A DNA stretch of 64,000 nucleotides, taken from positions 39,501 to 103,500 of IMG/VR virus record IMGVR_UViG_3300025372_000012; one strand, given 5' to 3'. The translations under genes and the position numbers were made by a program. Shown here in pieces: positions 9,758-19,800 of the stretch. The notes beneath the pieces are model-generated. The model was not told the DNA's origin and made no database searches. It saw nothing but the letters and a program-made list of their open reading frames with translations. Position 1 is the stretch's first letter. Every line of letters starts with the position of its first letter. Origin of the DNA: a virus. Taxonomy: Duplodnaviria; Caudoviricetes.

Positions 9758-12700
9758 ATGGCACTAACATCGATCACTAAAGACTTTGTCATAAAAGGCG
9801 GAGCGACCACTGAAGGCGTAAGTTTTGTAACGTCTTCAACGGCACAAACCGGCACGCTACAGGTTAATGGTGGTGCTGCAATTGCAAAAAACTTAATTGT
9901 AGGAACAACAGCAACTATTTGGGGTGCAACCAACTTAAACGGTAACTTAATTGTTTCAGGTTACACCCAAGCAGGGTTACTGAGTGCTACACAATTTACA
10001 GCAACTAACTCAGTTATTACAAACAACGAATCCGTTGGCGGAGTATTTACAGCAACTGGTTCTGCTTTCTTTGGTAATACTTTAAACGTAACAGGTAACG
10101 CAGTATTCAACGGTTCAGTTAATACATTTAGTGGTGCGGTATTTGTCACAGGAACAAACATTCTTACCGTAGGTACAGGCGCAACAACATTAGGTGGTAC
10201 ATTAAGTGTTGCAGGTGTTACATCAATAACAAATAATACCGCAGCAACAACAGGCGGCGCTGGTGCGTTAGTAGTTACAGGTGGTGAATACATTGGCGGC
10301 AACTTAATCGTCATGAGTACCGCAGTAAGTACAGGTACTACATCAAGTAACGCTTTGTACATTGCAGGTGGTATTGGTGTTGATAAAGGTGGTATGTTTG
10401 GTGGTCCAGTAACATTCCGTGACACCGTAACATTTAACGGTACTAGCACATACGTATTTTCTACAAATACATACTACACTGACAACATTATTGAATTACA
10501 TGTACCGCCAACTGGTGTGTATGGTACATGGGCCAGCGATGATGGTAAAGACATTGGTCTACGTTTCCACTATTACGGTAGTGGTGCAGATCAAAACGCG
10601 GCACTTGTTCTAGCAGATGATACAAAATATCTAGAATGGTACGGTACTGGTGCTGAAGCATCGAATGGTGTATTCAGCTCAGCAACATACGGCACATTTA
10701 AAACTGGTAACATTATCTTAAAAGGTATCACTAATGCTACAAATACTACTAGTGGTACTTTACAGGTAGCCGGTGGTGTTGGTGTTGGTCTTGATGTTTA
10801 TGCTGGCGGTAACGTAGGTGGCGGAACATTACAAGGTCGCAACCTAACAACATCGTCAGGATTGTTATTATCTGATGCAAGCGGTAACGTTGTTAACAGC
10901 CCTGTTACATACAACTACTCAACTGGTCGTATGGTTGGTACTGCTGATTATAGCAATACCGCAACAAATATCACAGGTGGTGCAGCTGGAAGTATTCCTT
11001 ATCAAACAGCAGCCGGCCAAACAACTATGTTGGCCGTTGGTACCAACGGTTACATTTTAACGGTATCGGGTGGAAACCCATCTTGGACAGCAGTAAACAA
11101 CTTGACTGCTGGTCTTGCAACAACAGCAACTAACATTGCAGGCGGTTTAAAAGATCAAATAGCATACCAAAGTGCTCCTGGACAGACATCTTTTAACGCA
11201 GGTTTAACATTTAACGGCACAATATTTACTACCACTAACATTGTTGTTAGTAATAACGCAAACGCAACTGGATATAACAACGGTACAGGTGCCTTACAAG
11301 TAGTAGGTGGAGCAGCCGTTGCACAAGACTTGTGGGTTGGTGGTAACATTAACTTACAAGGTAGCTTATATCTAAAAGGCGTTGGTCTTGATCAAATTAC
11401 AGGTACTACTGGTACATTTGTTAACGTATTAATTACTGGAACAAATGCAACATATAGTTCAACATCTGGTGCATTACAAATAACCGGTGGGGTAGGTATT
11501 GGCGGCGGATTGTTTGTTGCTGGTATTGCTACTGCGACAACATTAAGTGTCACAAGTTACTCAACATTAGGTGGTGGAGCAACAATAAATGCCGCAACCG
11601 TAACCAATACTTTAAGTGTTACTGGTTTAACATCACTAAACGGTGGCGCAACTATCAGCGCATTAACCGTTACTAATGCAGCTACCGTAGGAACATCGTT
11701 AGCGGTAACTGGCTTATCGAGCCTTAACGGTGGTGCCACAATTAGTGCGGCTACCGTAACTACTACGCTTGGTGTAACTGGTTTAACATCACTAAACGGT
11801 GGTGCTACAATCAGTGCTACAACAATTACAGGTGCAGCAACCGTAGGAACATCGTTAGCGGTAACTGGTTTAACATCATTAAATGGTGGTGCTACAATCA
11901 GTGCGGCTACCGTAACTACTACTTTAGGTGTAACCGGTTTAACATCATTAAATGGTGGCGCAACTATCAGTGCTACTACCGTTACTGGGGCAGCTACCGT
12001 TGGAACAACATTAGGTGTTACTGGTTTAACATCATTAAATGGTGGTGCTACAATCAGTGCGGCAACGGTTACAAGTACATTACTTGTCAACGGAACTGCT
12101 CCGTCATTGGGTGCATCTAACGCAGGTGCAATACAAACAACCGGTGGTGTAGGTATTGCTAAAGATTTATATGTAGCTTCTACTGCAACTATTGCTGGTA
12201 TAACTTATAGCACTAACACAACTCCTACATTAGGTTCTGCAACAGCAGGTGCAATACAAACAACTGGTGGTGTAGGTATTGCTAAAGATTTATACGTTGG
12301 CACAACTGCTACAATAGGTGGAAACCTTACGGTTACAGGTAACGAAACGGTTACAGGATTCTTAAGTGCTAACGGTGGTGCTACTCTAAGCGCCGCAACG
12401 GTAACTAACAACTTAACGGTAAGCGGAAATGAAACCGTAACAGGTTATAGTTCACTAAACGGTGGTGCTACAATCAGTGCCGCTACCGTAACAAACGGAT
12501 TAACCGTTGGTACAACATTAGGTGTAACCGGTGTAACTACATTAAGTACGGTTAACGCTACTACAGCATCTATTACAAACTTAACGGTTACAGGAACTGC
12601 AAGTTTACCAAGTACGATTACATTGAGTAACTTGACGGTAACTAACTTAACGGTTTCAAATAACGAAACAATTGGCAATAACTTGTTAGTTTCTAACTTG

Positions 12701-13234
12701 TTTACAGCAACAATGGCTGCTACATTGGGTAGTACATTGGCTGTTACAGGTATTGCTAACTTCAACAGCACACAAGATAGTAACGCAACTAACAATGGTT
12801 CTATTGTTACAGCAGGCGGTGTTGGCATTGCTAAGAACTTGGTAGTTGGTATTGCGGCAACAATCGGTAGTGTAAGCACACAAACCGTAGTTCCAGCAAT
12901 TTATACTAACAACAGCTTGTATTCAAGTTATACCAGCGGTTATATTGTAACCAACAGCCAGATTAACTTGGACACATACAGCGCAAGTGCTTATAGAACT
13001 GCAAAATACTTGGTTCAAGTAGTTGACAATACTAAGATCCACGTTGAAGAAATTTTAGTATTCCATGATGGTACAAACGTTTACCTAACTGAATATGCCA
13101 TAGCAACAAGTCAAGGTGAATTAGGTACATTTGATGCTAACTTAACTGGTGGTACCGTTACGCTAACATTCACTGCTAACTATACTCCAACAAACATGAC
13201 TATCAAGATGAATAGAACAACAATTACCTTATAA
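9758..13234 (+). CDS. Long fibre/adhesin-like protein with tandem repeats
   Basis: 1158 aa, Thr/Gly/Ala-rich; VTGLTSLNGGATISA repeats; C-terminal YRTAKYLVQ...TEYA domain. Confidence 0.75.
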   Translation: MALTSITKDFVIKGGATTEGVSFVTSSTAQTGTLQVNGGAAIAKNLIVGTTATIWGATNLNGNLIVSGYTQAGLLSATQFTATNSVITNNESVGGVFTATGSAFFGNTLNVTGNAVFNGSVNTFSGAVFVTGTNILTVGTGATTLGGTLSVAGVTSITNNTAATTGGAGALVVTGGEYIGGNLIVMSTAVSTGTTSSNALYIAGGIGVDKGGMFGGPVTFRDTVTFNGTSTYVFSTNTYYTDNIIELHVPPTGVYGTWASDDGKDIGLRFHYYGSGADQNAALVLADDTKYLEWYGTGAEASNGVFSSATYGTFKTGNIILKGITNATNTTSGTLQVAGGVGVGLDVYAGGNVGGGTLQGRNLTTSSGLLLSDASGNVVNSPVTYNYSTGRMVGTADYSNTATNITGGAAGSIPYQTAAGQTTMLAVGTNGYILTVSGGNPSWTAVNNLTAGLATTATNIAGGLKDQIAYQSAPGQTSFNAGLTFNGTIFTTTNIVVSNNANATGYNNGTGALQVVGGAAVAQDLWVGGNINLQGSLYLKGVGLDQITGTTGTFVNVLITGTNATYSSTSGALQITGGVGIGGGLFVAGIATATTLSVTSYSTLGGGATINAATVTNTLSVTGLTSLNGGATISALTVTNAATVGTSLAVTGLSSLNGGATISAATVTTTLGVTGLTSLNGGATISATTITGAATVGTSLAVTGLTSLNGGATISAATVTTTLGVTGLTSLNGGATISATTVTGAATVGTTLGVTGLTSLNGGATISAATVTSTLLVNGTAPSLGASNAGAIQTTGGVGIAKDLYVASTATIAGITYSTNTTPTLGSATAGAIQTTGGVGIAKDLYVGTTATIGGNLTVTGNETVTGFLSANGGATLSAATVTNNLTVSGNETVTGYSSLNGGATISAATVTNGLTVGTTLGVTGVTTLSTVNATTASITNLTVTGTASLPSTITLSNLTVTNLTVSNNETIGNNLLVSNLFTATMAATLGSTLAVTGIANFNSTQDSNATNNGSIVTAGGVGIAKNLVVGIAATIGSVSTQTVVPAIYTNNSLYSSYTSGYIVTNSQINLDTYSASAYRTAKYLVQVVDNTKIHVEEILVFHDGTNVYLTEYAIATSQGELGTFDANLTGGTVTLTFTANYTPTNMTIKMNRTTITL
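11560..12080 (+). repeat. Tandem repeat array, alternating 87/69-nt units (156-nt superperiod)
   Basis: TGL(T/S)SLNGGATISA units start at 11621, 11708, 11777, 11864, 11933 and 12020. Confidence 0.9.
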
Positions 13235-13252
13235 TATTTGGTAATAACTTTA

Positions 13253-13278
13253 AAAATAGGGTCTTCGGACCCTATTTT
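13253..13278 (+). terminator. Intrinsic terminator with C(UUCG)G loop
   Basis: aaaatagggtc-ttcg-gaccctatttt. Confidence 0.85.
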
Positions 13279-13306
13279 GTTTTGTAAAACTGATTTTACC
13301 GTTTGG

Positions 13307-13314
13307 TATAAATA
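13307..13314 (+). promoter_or_regulatory. T4-type late promoter TATAAATA
   Basis: Exact consensus between the terminator and ORF 13357. Confidence 0.7.
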
Positions 13315-13356
13315 ACACTATTATAGCCAATTGGTGGAAAGGGAAACTAAAGGGCA

Positions 13357-16290
13357 ATGTCAAATCACGCCGACTTCAAAGTCAAGAACGGCTTGGTGGT
13401 TAATACCACTGCGTCATTTTTGTCAACTATTACTTCAACGAGCACCGTAACCGGTGCTGTTATAATCTCTGGCGGTGTTGGTATTGCCAAAGATGTTTTC
13501 ATTGGTGGAAACATTGTCGGTTACGGTACTATCGTAGCTGGCGGCGTTAGAACAACAAGCACAAGCACTCCTCCTTCTAATCCAACCGTCGGTGACATAT
13601 GGTATAATACATTAACTGATGATATCTACCGTTACACTTCCGATGGTTCAAATGCTTATTGGTTAGATATTACAGGACCAACGGTAGCTAATGCATCGGG
13701 TAGTAGCACTTATGTAACTTCTACAGGTAGTAGTAATGTTGTAATTGTAGGAGGAACTGGTACGGTTGTAACTACTTCAACTGGTGCAACAAATATCTGG
13801 GTCAATAATAACGTTGTTGCCACGTTAACTGACTCACAAACATTAACCAATAAAACATTAACAAGCCCTACAATTACTGACGGTGTATTTCAAAATACAT
13901 TTTCTATAGGAACACAGGTATTTTATCCACACGATAATGGGTTTAGTGTAAACGAAAACTTTGACATCACTAATCAAGGTAGTCAATCTAATTTTACAGG
14001 ATATCATTTTGCGTCAGGTACTGGAAAAAATGGAACAGCATTTACACTGGCACGCTCAGGGTATTTTACAGATGGCTTTGGTATTACAGGTGATTCTAAT
14101 AATAATAATTTTGTTATAGGATCAGAGACATCTAACACCGACTTTCTATTCAAGAAAGGCGTTGGTATGCCGTTTGATGTTAGTGGCGGCACAACTATTT
14201 TTACAATTAATAGAACCGGAAGTATAGTATTAACCAATGACATTGTTGGAACAACTACCCAAAATGTGTTCAACACTGGAACTACCAGTGTTAACTTTGC
14301 AGGATCTGCAACTACTATAAACATAGGTGCAGTCACTGGCGTAACAAGCGTTAATAACAGATTAAATGTAGGTAGTGGAGCAAGTATTACCGGAACCGTG
14401 ACTGCAACGACATTTGTTGGTAATTTAACAGGAACTGCAACTACTGCTACTACAGCAACTAATGCAGGATACGCATATTCTTTCAATACAACCACCGTAG
14501 TTACATCAGCAACTACATTATATAATACCGGTAATCAAGTAGCCCTAAACAGCAACGGAACTATGACGTTCCCATCCAACAAAATAGATGCTGGCTCTAA
14601 CATCGCAGGACTATGGAGTAGTAGTCAATCTGCATTAGTATGGCGTGTCAGTGGACCGGGCAGCGCAGGACAGCCATTACAATCTGTAGTTACCGTGTCG
14701 TCAGGTAGTGTTACTATTGGTACAGCTACTGGATTATTAGCCGGCCCTAACACAGCAGAGAATTGGGTGTTTGATATTTTTGGTAATATAACATTCCCTG
14801 ATAGTACAATACAAACAACAGCATTTACAGGTACTGCAACTACTGCAACTTATGCACAGACGGTATTAGGTTCTACTCAAACAGCCATTACTAGTTTAGG
14901 TACATTGACTAGATTAAATGTAAGTGGTATTGTTACTGCTACAAACTTTGTTGGTACACTAACTACAGCTCAGCAACCTAACATTACTAGCGTTGGTACA
15001 TTAACTGGTCTATCATCTACCGGTACTATATCTGTAAACTATACTCCTGCTACTACGATAGGACAGGCAATAGTAGCTACAGGTAAAGACACCCTCGGTG
15101 GTACAGGCTACTTTGACTTCTTAAGAGCTACTAACAATACTTCAGGTGGTGCTAACGGAACTAAAACATTCCGTATAGACAATACTGGCACATTTCAAAT
15201 ATTAAACAATGCATACAATGCTACGATATTCTCAGTTACTGATAATGGTTACATTGCAATTAATCAAGCATCTGGTGCAACAAATGGCATACCCGTTAAT
15301 AACGGTATAGCAATGAACAATAATAGTTACATCTTTGATGATGGTAACTATCATATCACATCTAAGTCTGGTAGTATTTGGATCAATGCCAACGACGGAA
15401 GCTCGGTAAACATAAACACACAGGTACCGTCAGGTACTACACCTGGGGGCATGGTAGTTCAAGGTGCTGTTCAAAGTCAAGGATCTGGTACGGCTGCTAC
15501 ATCATTCATATCAGGTATAGGTGCCTATAGCGGTATCGCATTACAGATGTCGCCAAACTCAAGTGGTGCGGCTAACCAAGCTATTCGTGATACATCAAGT
15601 GCGGCCAGCACTATGTACTTTGATGTTAACACTGGCGGCACCGCTAACGGAACATTCAAGTGGAGATCTAGTAATTCCTTTACAGAATTAATGGTCCTTA
15701 ACTCTACCTCACTTAATGTCAACAAACAAATGTTAATTGGTGGCGGTAGTCAAAGTGCGTATGTTACCATTAACGGAACTAACTCTTACAATGCTAACGG
15801 ACCCTACGGATACTTGTCCGGCAGCGGTGCGGGCAATATTGGCAGTGGTGGTAGTACAGGTAATGTAAGTTGGTCGTTATATTGTAATGGACGTATTCAA
15901 AGTAATGAAGTTGACGTTACTTCAGACGAACGATTAAAAGACATACAAGGAACTATTCCTTTAGATATGGCTATAAAGTTTGTCAAAGGCATAGACGGTA
16001 TTCTATATACTTGGAAACCAGGATTTGGTGATGATGGTGTAAAATCTGGATTTGGAGCGCAGAGCGTACATAAAGCAGGTTTTGATCATATGGTTGCTCC
16101 TGTGCCAAATGATCGTGTAGAAGGTTCAACTGATGCAGATGGATTTACAAGTCCAGATAAGGCACAATTAACTTTGAATTATCAAGAGGCTATTCCATAC
16201 CATCACGAAGTTATTAAACACCTTCTAGATCGTATAGAACAATTAGAAAATATTGTTGCTAGTTTAACAACAGATAAAAATGTAGGATAA
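13357..16290 (+). CDS. Tail fibre with C-terminal S74 intramolecular chaperone
   Basis: TSDERLKDI...GFGAQSV...LNYQEAIP followed by a coiled coil; N-terminal DFKVKNGL. Confidence 0.8.
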   Translation: MSNHADFKVKNGLVVNTTASFLSTITSTSTVTGAVIISGGVGIAKDVFIGGNIVGYGTIVAGGVRTTSTSTPPSNPTVGDIWYNTLTDDIYRYTSDGSNAYWLDITGPTVANASGSSTYVTSTGSSNVVIVGGTGTVVTTSTGATNIWVNNNVVATLTDSQTLTNKTLTSPTITDGVFQNTFSIGTQVFYPHDNGFSVNENFDITNQGSQSNFTGYHFASGTGKNGTAFTLARSGYFTDGFGITGDSNNNNFVIGSETSNTDFLFKKGVGMPFDVSGGTTIFTINRTGSIVLTNDIVGTTTQNVFNTGTTSVNFAGSATTINIGAVTGVTSVNNRLNVGSGASITGTVTATTFVGNLTGTATTATTATNAGYAYSFNTTTVVTSATTLYNTGNQVALNSNGTMTFPSNKIDAGSNIAGLWSSSQSALVWRVSGPGSAGQPLQSVVTVSSGSVTIGTATGLLAGPNTAENWVFDIFGNITFPDSTIQTTAFTGTATTATYAQTVLGSTQTAITSLGTLTRLNVSGIVTATNFVGTLTTAQQPNITSVGTLTGLSSTGTISVNYTPATTIGQAIVATGKDTLGGTGYFDFLRATNNTSGGANGTKTFRIDNTGTFQILNNAYNATIFSVTDNGYIAINQASGATNGIPVNNGIAMNNNSYIFDDGNYHITSKSGSIWINANDGSSVNINTQVPSGTTPGGMVVQGAVQSQGSGTAATSFISGIGAYSGIALQMSPNSSGAANQAIRDTSSAASTMYFDVNTGGTANGTFKWRSSNSFTELMVLNSTSLNVNKQMLIGGGSQSAYVTINGTNSYNANGPYGYLSGSGAGNIGSGGSTGNVSWSLYCNGRIQSNEVDVTSDERLKDIQGTIPLDMAIKFVKGIDGILYTWKPGFGDDGVKSGFGAQSVHKAGFDHMVAPVPNDRVEGSTDADGFTSPDKAQLTLNYQEAIPYHHEVIKHLLDRIEQLENIVASLTTDKNVG

Positions 16291-16293
16291 AAA

Positions 16294-16857
16294 ATGAGTT
16301 ACCCATTAAATCCAACAAACGGACAAACAGCATTACTGAACGGAATAACATATTCTTTTAGTACCAGCACACAAGCATGGACTCGTGTTGCTCAGTCAGT
16401 GACTGCTACTATTAGTCTATTTATATCAGGAACCACTCCATCGACTAGTCAGACTACAGGTGCATTGGTTGTTGCGGGAGGTGTTGGTATCGGCGGTAGT
16501 TTATATGCCGGCTCAATATATTCTAACGGTGTGTTAATTGGTACAAACGCAGGCAGTGCAACTACTTCAACAAACTTAAATGGCGGTTTAGCCGGATACG
16601 TTCCGTATCAATTGGCTCCAAGCGTTACTACATTAACAAATCAGTTAGTCTACGATGGTACATATCTAAACGTAAACAACAATAAAGTACTAACTACTGC
16701 TAGTGTTTTTGGACAGGCAGGTATTAGTGTAGGAACAACAGCTACCGGATCTGTTTATATAGCATTTATACCGGGGGCTCAAGGTCTTACAGCAGACTTT
16801 GGATTATTAAGTGAAACAACAGGCGCAGTTACTTTTGACTGGGGCTCATTAGCATAA
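16294..16857 (+). CDS. Short fibre-associated protein
   Basis: YPLNPTNGQ N-terminus, TGALVVAGGVGIGG motif, C-terminal DFG/DWG. Confidence 0.65.
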   Translation: MSYPLNPTNGQTALLNGITYSFSTSTQAWTRVAQSVTATISLFISGTTPSTSQTTGALVVAGGVGIGGSLYAGSIYSNGVLIGTNAGSATTSTNLNGGLAGYVPYQLAPSVTTLTNQLVYDGTYLNVNNNKVLTTASVFGQAGISVGTTATGSVYIAFIPGAQGLTADFGLLSETTGAVTFDWGSLA

Positions 16858-16869
16858 GAGAATAAAAAT

Positions 16870-19800
16870 ATGTCAACACAAGTACAATGGAAAAGAGGGA
16901 CTACAGCACAGAATAACACCTACACAGGTGCTGTTGGTGAGATTGTAGTCGATACACAATTAAAGCAACTGCGATTACATGATGGTGTTACACAAGGCGG
17001 TGTAATTATCGGTAGTACATCGATTACGGTATCAACAGCCACTAACTTGGCAGGCGGAACAGCTGGTCAAATTCCTTATCAAACAGCCGCAGGTGCAACT
17101 AGTTTCTTTGGTGCAGGTACCGCAGGTAGTGTATTAGTAAGTTACGGATCAACAGGTACTCCTACATTCCAAAATACATTAACATTGGCAGGAACAACAG
17201 CCGCAACATCTAGTCAAACAGGTGCATTGGTTGTTGCAGGTGGCGTCGGCATTGGCGGTTCATTGTACGTAGGTGGCGACCTATACGTTGACGGTACACA
17301 AACAATTTTAAACAGCACCAACATTCAAACTGGTGACAAAGTTGTTTATATGAGCACATCAAGCGCAACAGCATTAGCCGCAATTAATAGTGGTATTGCT
17401 ATTGGGCCTACCACAGGTGTTTATGCAAGTTTATTATTTGACGGTGTAGCAAACTGGAAATCAGTTGGCGGATTACTACCAAATGCTGATGCAACTTATA
17501 ACTTAGGTAGCACATCATTACGTTGGGCTAGCCTAGCAGTTAGTGGTAACGTTACTGCTACTACTTTTGTTGGTAACTTAACAGGAAATATTACTGGCGC
17601 TGGCACCGGTAACATCGTATATCAAAGTGCTAACAACACAACAAGTTTCTTAAGTACAGGTACAACTGGACAATTATTAGTAGCAGCCGGCGGCGCACCT
17701 GTATGGACAAATACAAGCAGTATCTATGTTTATCGTTCTACATTAGCTGACTTGGCTACTACTGCAACAAACGCAGGAACTGCATACGCAACAATTGCTA
17801 CGTTATCAACCGGTACTGGATTCTATGGCGGATCATTTAACGGATCAACAAACCAAACTTGGTCGTTAAACACAGCTACATTAATGACCACAGCGGTTAA
17901 CGTTGTTGGCGGAGCCGCTGGTAGTTTACCTTATCAAACTGCCGCTGGTGCAACAACAATGTTGAGTTTAGGTTCCACCGGCTATGTTCTAACAGCAGGA
18001 GCAAGTGCTCCTCAATGGACTGCAATTAGTGGATTAAGTGCAGGTCTTGCAACAACAGCAACTAACATTGCTGGTGGTGCTGCGGGAAGTTTACCTTATC
18101 AAACTGCCGCAGGTGCAACAACCATGTTGGCTTTGGGAACGCTTAACAGCGTATTGACTGCAGGTTCGAGTTCTCCTACTTATGTATCACAAGTACTAGC
18201 AGGTAATGGAACTGCAAGTTATACACAGGCTACAGGACAAAGTCTTGTTGTTACTGGTGGTGGCTTAGGTGTTACTGGTAATAGTTACTTTTTAAACAAC
18301 TTAGGCATTGGTGGTTCTTTATATATCACAGGTGACTTGTATGTAGACGGAACACAAACCGTTGTCAACTCAAACGTGATTAGCAGTGGTGATAAAGCCC
18401 TTGTTCTAAGTACAGGCTCAACTACCGCTGCATTAGCATCAAGTGCTGGTTTATATATTGGAGCAACTAGTGCAACCAGCTATGCAAGTTTAACTTTTGA
18501 CGGATCTACTAACTGGGTAGTTGGCGGAAGCTCTGCAACTAACTTAAAATCTGCAGGATTAATTGTTAGCGGTCTAACTGGTTATATGTATGCCAATGGA
18601 TCAGGTGTAGTAACAGCGGCAACAACTATTCCAAACGCAGGCCTTGCTAATAGCTCTATCACCGTTACAGCCGGCACTGGTTTAACAGGCGGTGGCTCTG
18701 TATCATTAGGTGGTTCTACTACATTAACATTAAACACAGCAACTTTAATGGCTACTAGTGTATTAGCATTTACTGCAAATACTGCAACTAATGCCGCTAC
18801 TGCTTATTCAACAATCGCTACACTATCAACAGGTACTGGATTCTATGGTGGTTCTTTTAACGGAAGTACTGCACAAACTTGGTCGTTGAATACTGCAACA
18901 TTAATGACTACATCTGTAAACTTAGCAGGTGGTTTAGCAGGTCAATTTGCATATCAAACAGCCGCAGGAGCAACAGCATTCGTAAGCACTGGAAGTATGT
19001 ATGTTTACCGTGCAACCATGTCTGATAGTGCAAGTGGTAGCGCAGGTAGTGTTGCTAATGCTTTAACTATTGGCACTGGATTAATTGGCACAAGTAGTAC
19101 CTTTAACGGATCAGCCGCAGTTACCGTTAGTTTGAATACTGCTACATTAATGGCAACGTCAGTATTGGCACAAACAGCAACTACAGCAACTAGTGCTGCT
19201 ACGGCATATTCAACTATTGCTTCACTAACAGCAGGTACTGGCTTAAGCGGTACTGCATTTAATGGATCAACAGCACAAACATGGACACTGAATACTGCTA
19301 CATTGATGGCTAATGCGGTAACTGCTATTAACTTAGCAGGCGGTGTTGCTGGTGCAGTTCCTTATCAATCTGCCGCAGGTACAACTTTATTCTCAGCGGC
19401 AGGTAGCGCGGGTCAAATATTGGTAAGCGGCGGAACAAGTGCTCCTGTCTATTCAAGTAACATAACATTAAACAACTTTACTGCTTCAACTATTGTTGTA
19501 ACCAGCACAGCAAATAGTACAAGTTCTTATAGTGCTAACGCACTTTATGTAGCAGGTGGTATTGGTGGTAATTCAGGATTTAACATCAACGGTAACGGTT
19601 ACTTAAACGGAAACTTAACCGTTAACGGTACTATCACTGGTACTAATGCTGTACTTACCGTTAACCAAGTTACTGCTACTAGCGGTGTGTTCTACGGTGA
19701 TTCAACAGGTAACGGCGCATTGTATGCTGGTGTATCAAATTATACACCTTTTGGCCAGACAATGATTCAGGCCACTGGTAACTTAAACAACTACATGGAG

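Noticed and set aside
11560-12080. CRISPR-like periodicity
   Set aside because: Units are in-frame coding repeats without unique spacers, and no cas genes are present
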